NCBI RefSeq assembly: GCF_052425735.1
Contig: NC_135763.1
Span: 23,188,001-23,252,000 of the forward strand
From: Oculina patagonica
Taxonomy: Eukaryota
Direction of reading: 5' to 3'
Length of the DNA: 64,000 nucleotides
Under the pieces are notes generated by a model, which was given only the letters and a program-made list of their open reading frames with translations, was not told the DNA's origin and made no database searches. Every line of letters begins with the position of its first letter. Positions within the stretch are counted from its first letter, which is position 1. The translations under genes were made by a program, and so were the position numbers. Positions 63,601 to 64,000 of this stretch are shown here, piece after piece.

Positions 63601-64000
63601 AAACGTACTTGGTATTGTTGTCACTGTTGGAAAAGTTTCCTTGTCAGTGCTGTAGGCTGATGAAGGCTCAGTAGTAGTTGTTTCATCTTGGACATCGGTC
63701 GATGTATCCGTTGCTGTGTAAAGCATATCTGGCATTGCTGTTACTGTTTCTGAAGTAGGCGCGTCAGTGCTGTAAGGTGAGGAAGGCATATTACTGGTTG
63801 TGTCATCCTGACCATCAGTGGACGTATCCTTTGTTCTGTGAAGCGTATCTGGTACTGACGTCGGCGGGTAAGTACTGTACGCCGAAGGAGGCACAGAAGT
63901 GGTTGTTTCATCTTCACCATCACTAGATGGATCCATTGTTGTGTTAACCGTATCAGGTATTGTTGTCACTGGTTCCGATGTAGGTTTATTCGCACTGTAA
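19433..64000 (-). CDS. HSPG2: Perlecan / basement membrane heparan sulfate proteoglycan core protein-like gene, 5'-partial, 54 exons
   Basis: Exons 5'->3', all GT-AG and phase-consistent by manual translation: >64000-60326, 59992-59759, 59565-59477, 58523-58437, 58252-58125, 58044-57933, 57438-57334, 57169-57042, 56077-55991, 55244-55186, 54322-54246, 54083-53943, 52521-52330, 52157-52065, 50388-50305, 50210-50092, 49970-49859, 49604-49485, 49406-49279, 48957-48871, 48030-47975, 47630-47554, 42497-42357, 41490-41302, 40739-40647, 40378-40295, 40092-39974, 39441-39330, 38751-38638, 38269-38142, 38055-37969, 37544-37483, 12 Ig exons (37044-26162), 25991-25790, 25081-24789, 24328-24065, 23145-22366, 21921-21843, 21662-21587, 20550-20501, 20339-20256, 20147-20044, 19596-19433 (ends ...[13 protein letters not shown]). 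The order LamB/LE x3, Ig array, LamG/EGF x3 matches perlecan domains III-V. Confidence 0.9.
20807..21356. mobile_element. hAT-like MITE
   Basis: 11-bp TIR caggggcgtag / ctacgcccctg. No 8-bp TSD is visible. Confidence 0.45.
23432..23859 (+). mobile_element. Copy-specific insertion, Penelope-like (pseudo-LTR) or retrozyme-like non-autonomous retroelement
   Basis: Absent from the other copy (empty site near 1033-1044). Flanked by the 12-bp direct repeat cttagaaaggca (23420-23431, 23860-23871). Imperfect inverted ends (gacaatagaaagcaagg / ccttgcttttcttgtc). Contains a hammerhead ribozyme. Confidence 0.8.
23721..23765 (+). ncRNA. Type I (minimal) hammerhead ribozyme
   Basis: actctg-CTGAAGA-gacc-caatca-ggtc-GAAAC-agct-GTC-cagagt. 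Stem I actctg/cagagt, core CUGANGA, stem II gacc/ggtc, GAAA, short palindromic stem III, GUC cleavage triplet at 23757-23759. Confidence 0.88.
26162..37044 (-). CDS. HSPG2: Perlecan domain IV: 12 Ig (I-set) domains, one phase 1-1 exon each
   Basis: Exons 37044-36775, 36160-35885, 35021-34749, 34283-34011, 33563-33294, 32804-32538, 31539-31270, 30591-30316, 29739-29485, 28773-28513, 27691-27425, 26422-26162. Each has C...W...GxYxC Ig hallmarks and a length divisible by 3. Confidence 0.93.
26760..27311. mobile_element. Duplicate of the inverted tRNA-related element
   Basis: Corresponds to 3932-4483. The right TSD copy carries one substitution (aagaatcattgc). Confidence 0.8.
27881..28146 (+). 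mobile_element. Duplicate of the second tRNA-related element
   Basis: Corresponds to 5053-5317 with the same TSD. Confidence 0.78.
37483..59565 (-). CDS. HSPG2: Perlecan domain III: three laminin IV(B) plus laminin-type EGF repeats
   Basis: Motifs [12 protein letters not shown]|[18 protein letters not shown]|[54 protein letters not shown], CxHNTxGxHCxRC, CPCPL. Confidence 0.92.
41234..41291. repeat. (AAAC)n microsatellite
   Basis: Direct reading. Confidence 0.95.
41626..42009. mobile_element. Degenerate Kolobok-like MITE, related to 6266-6630
   Basis: TTAA-aggaacagtgtcac ... gtgatactgccat-TTAA, similar length. Confidence 0.5.
42728..43341. mobile_element. piggyBac-like MITE
   Basis: TTAA TSD (42724-42727, 43342-43345). 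TIR ccctttcagtgct / agcactgaaagag with 1 mismatch, CCC start. Confidence 0.8.
45529..45594 (-). CDS. Candidate alternative first coding exon encoding a signal peptide ([22 protein letters not shown])
   Basis: ATG with A at -3, basic then hydrophobic 22 aa, perfect CAG|GTAAG donor in phase 0, compatible with exon 42497. Confidence 0.4.
48575..48760 (-). mobile_element. tRNA-derived SINE
   Basis: On the minus strand: ggcagcgtggcc head, B box gggttcaagtccc, body gcttgtaaatagccaactgg. A 3' remnant of the same family lies at about 3805-3905 (+) and its duplicate. Confidence 0.65.
50943..51014. repeat. Hairpin/inverted repeat, probably a transposon remnant
   Basis: ttatttttaggca ... tgcctaaaaataa, 13-bp perfect arms with further imperfect pairing inside. 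Confidence 0.6.
52612..52700. repeat. Compound tetranucleotide microsatellite (AAGC/TAGG/TAAG)
   Basis: Direct reading. Confidence 0.85.
52826..53330 (+). mobile_element. Crypton-like non-autonomous element: short N-terminal coding remnant plus long palindrome
   Basis: 52983-53141 translates [52 protein letters not shown], resembling the RF..SEEE...NT..T N-terminus of CryptonA/DUF3504 proteins. Palindrome gcatgatatcgtgaattatcaaaac...gttttgataattcacgatatcatgc at about 53228-53303. Confidence 0.6.
56355..56941. mobile_element. Tc1/mariner (pogo/Tigger-like) MITE
   Basis: TA TSD. 23-bp TIR cagtagaaccccggtaactcgaa / ttcgagttaccggggttctattg with 1 mismatch. Many internal aactcgaa repeats. Confidence 0.85.
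59759..59992 (-). CDS. HSPG2: VWC-like cysteine-rich exon ([78 protein letters not shown])
   Basis: 234-bp phase 1-1 exon with a ttttag acceptor and G|GTAAG donor. The C-x3-C-x-C-x2-DG-x3-C-x-PLC pattern resembles von Willebrand factor type C modules. Confidence 0.7.
60326..64000 (-). CDS. HSPG2: Giant mucin-like exon: acidic Thr/Ser/Pro-rich 40-aa tandem repeats, open beyond the window edge; one apparent frameshift at 60717-60759
   Basis: ORFs 60676..63969 and 60252..60617 share the repeat ([39 protein letters not shown]-like). The frame stays open to 64000. Donor ACA G|GTTTGT at 60326/60325 is phase 1 and fits the next exon. Membership in the perlecan transcript is inferred from splice phases. 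Confidence 0.75.
60760..64000. repeat. Coding minisatellite with a 120-bp unit and higher-order 240-bp and 471-bp blocks
   Basis: Lines 62341/62461/62581/62701/62821 start identically. 62401-62640 is nearly identical to 62641-62880. 60954 vs 61425 repeat at offset 471. Confidence 0.95.

Noticed and set aside
60760-64000. Regularly spaced repeats as a CRISPR array
   Set aside because: Whole 120-bp units repeat with no unique spacers, keep an open reading frame, and lie in a eukaryotic gene.

Overview
Intron-rich, AT-rich animal genomic DNA; the repeat landscape suggests an anthozoan, probably a stony coral (inference). The window is dominated by a perlecan/HSPG2-like gene on the minus strand. 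I traced 54 GT-AG exons with consistent phases from the right edge (5' end lies outside the window) to a TAA stop at 19433. Domain order: >1,200-aa acidic Thr/Ser-rich 40-aa-repeat mucin, VWC-like module, three laminin IV(B)/laminin-EGF repeats, 12 Ig domains, three laminin-G domains with 4 EGFs. Positions 1-18132, left of a 500-N gap, are a near-identical copy of 22384-41060, most likely an uncollapsed second haplotype. Main points of interest: (1) a 440-bp insertion found in only one copy, with a 12-bp TSD and a complete type I hammerhead ribozyme; (2) the mucin+VWC block appears to sit inside the first laminin IV domain; (3) a candidate internal signal-peptide exon; (4) TSD-flanked elements with an internal tRNA-like unit, one of them as an inverted, circularly permuted pair. 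Introns also hold many MITEs/SINEs and a Crypton remnant.
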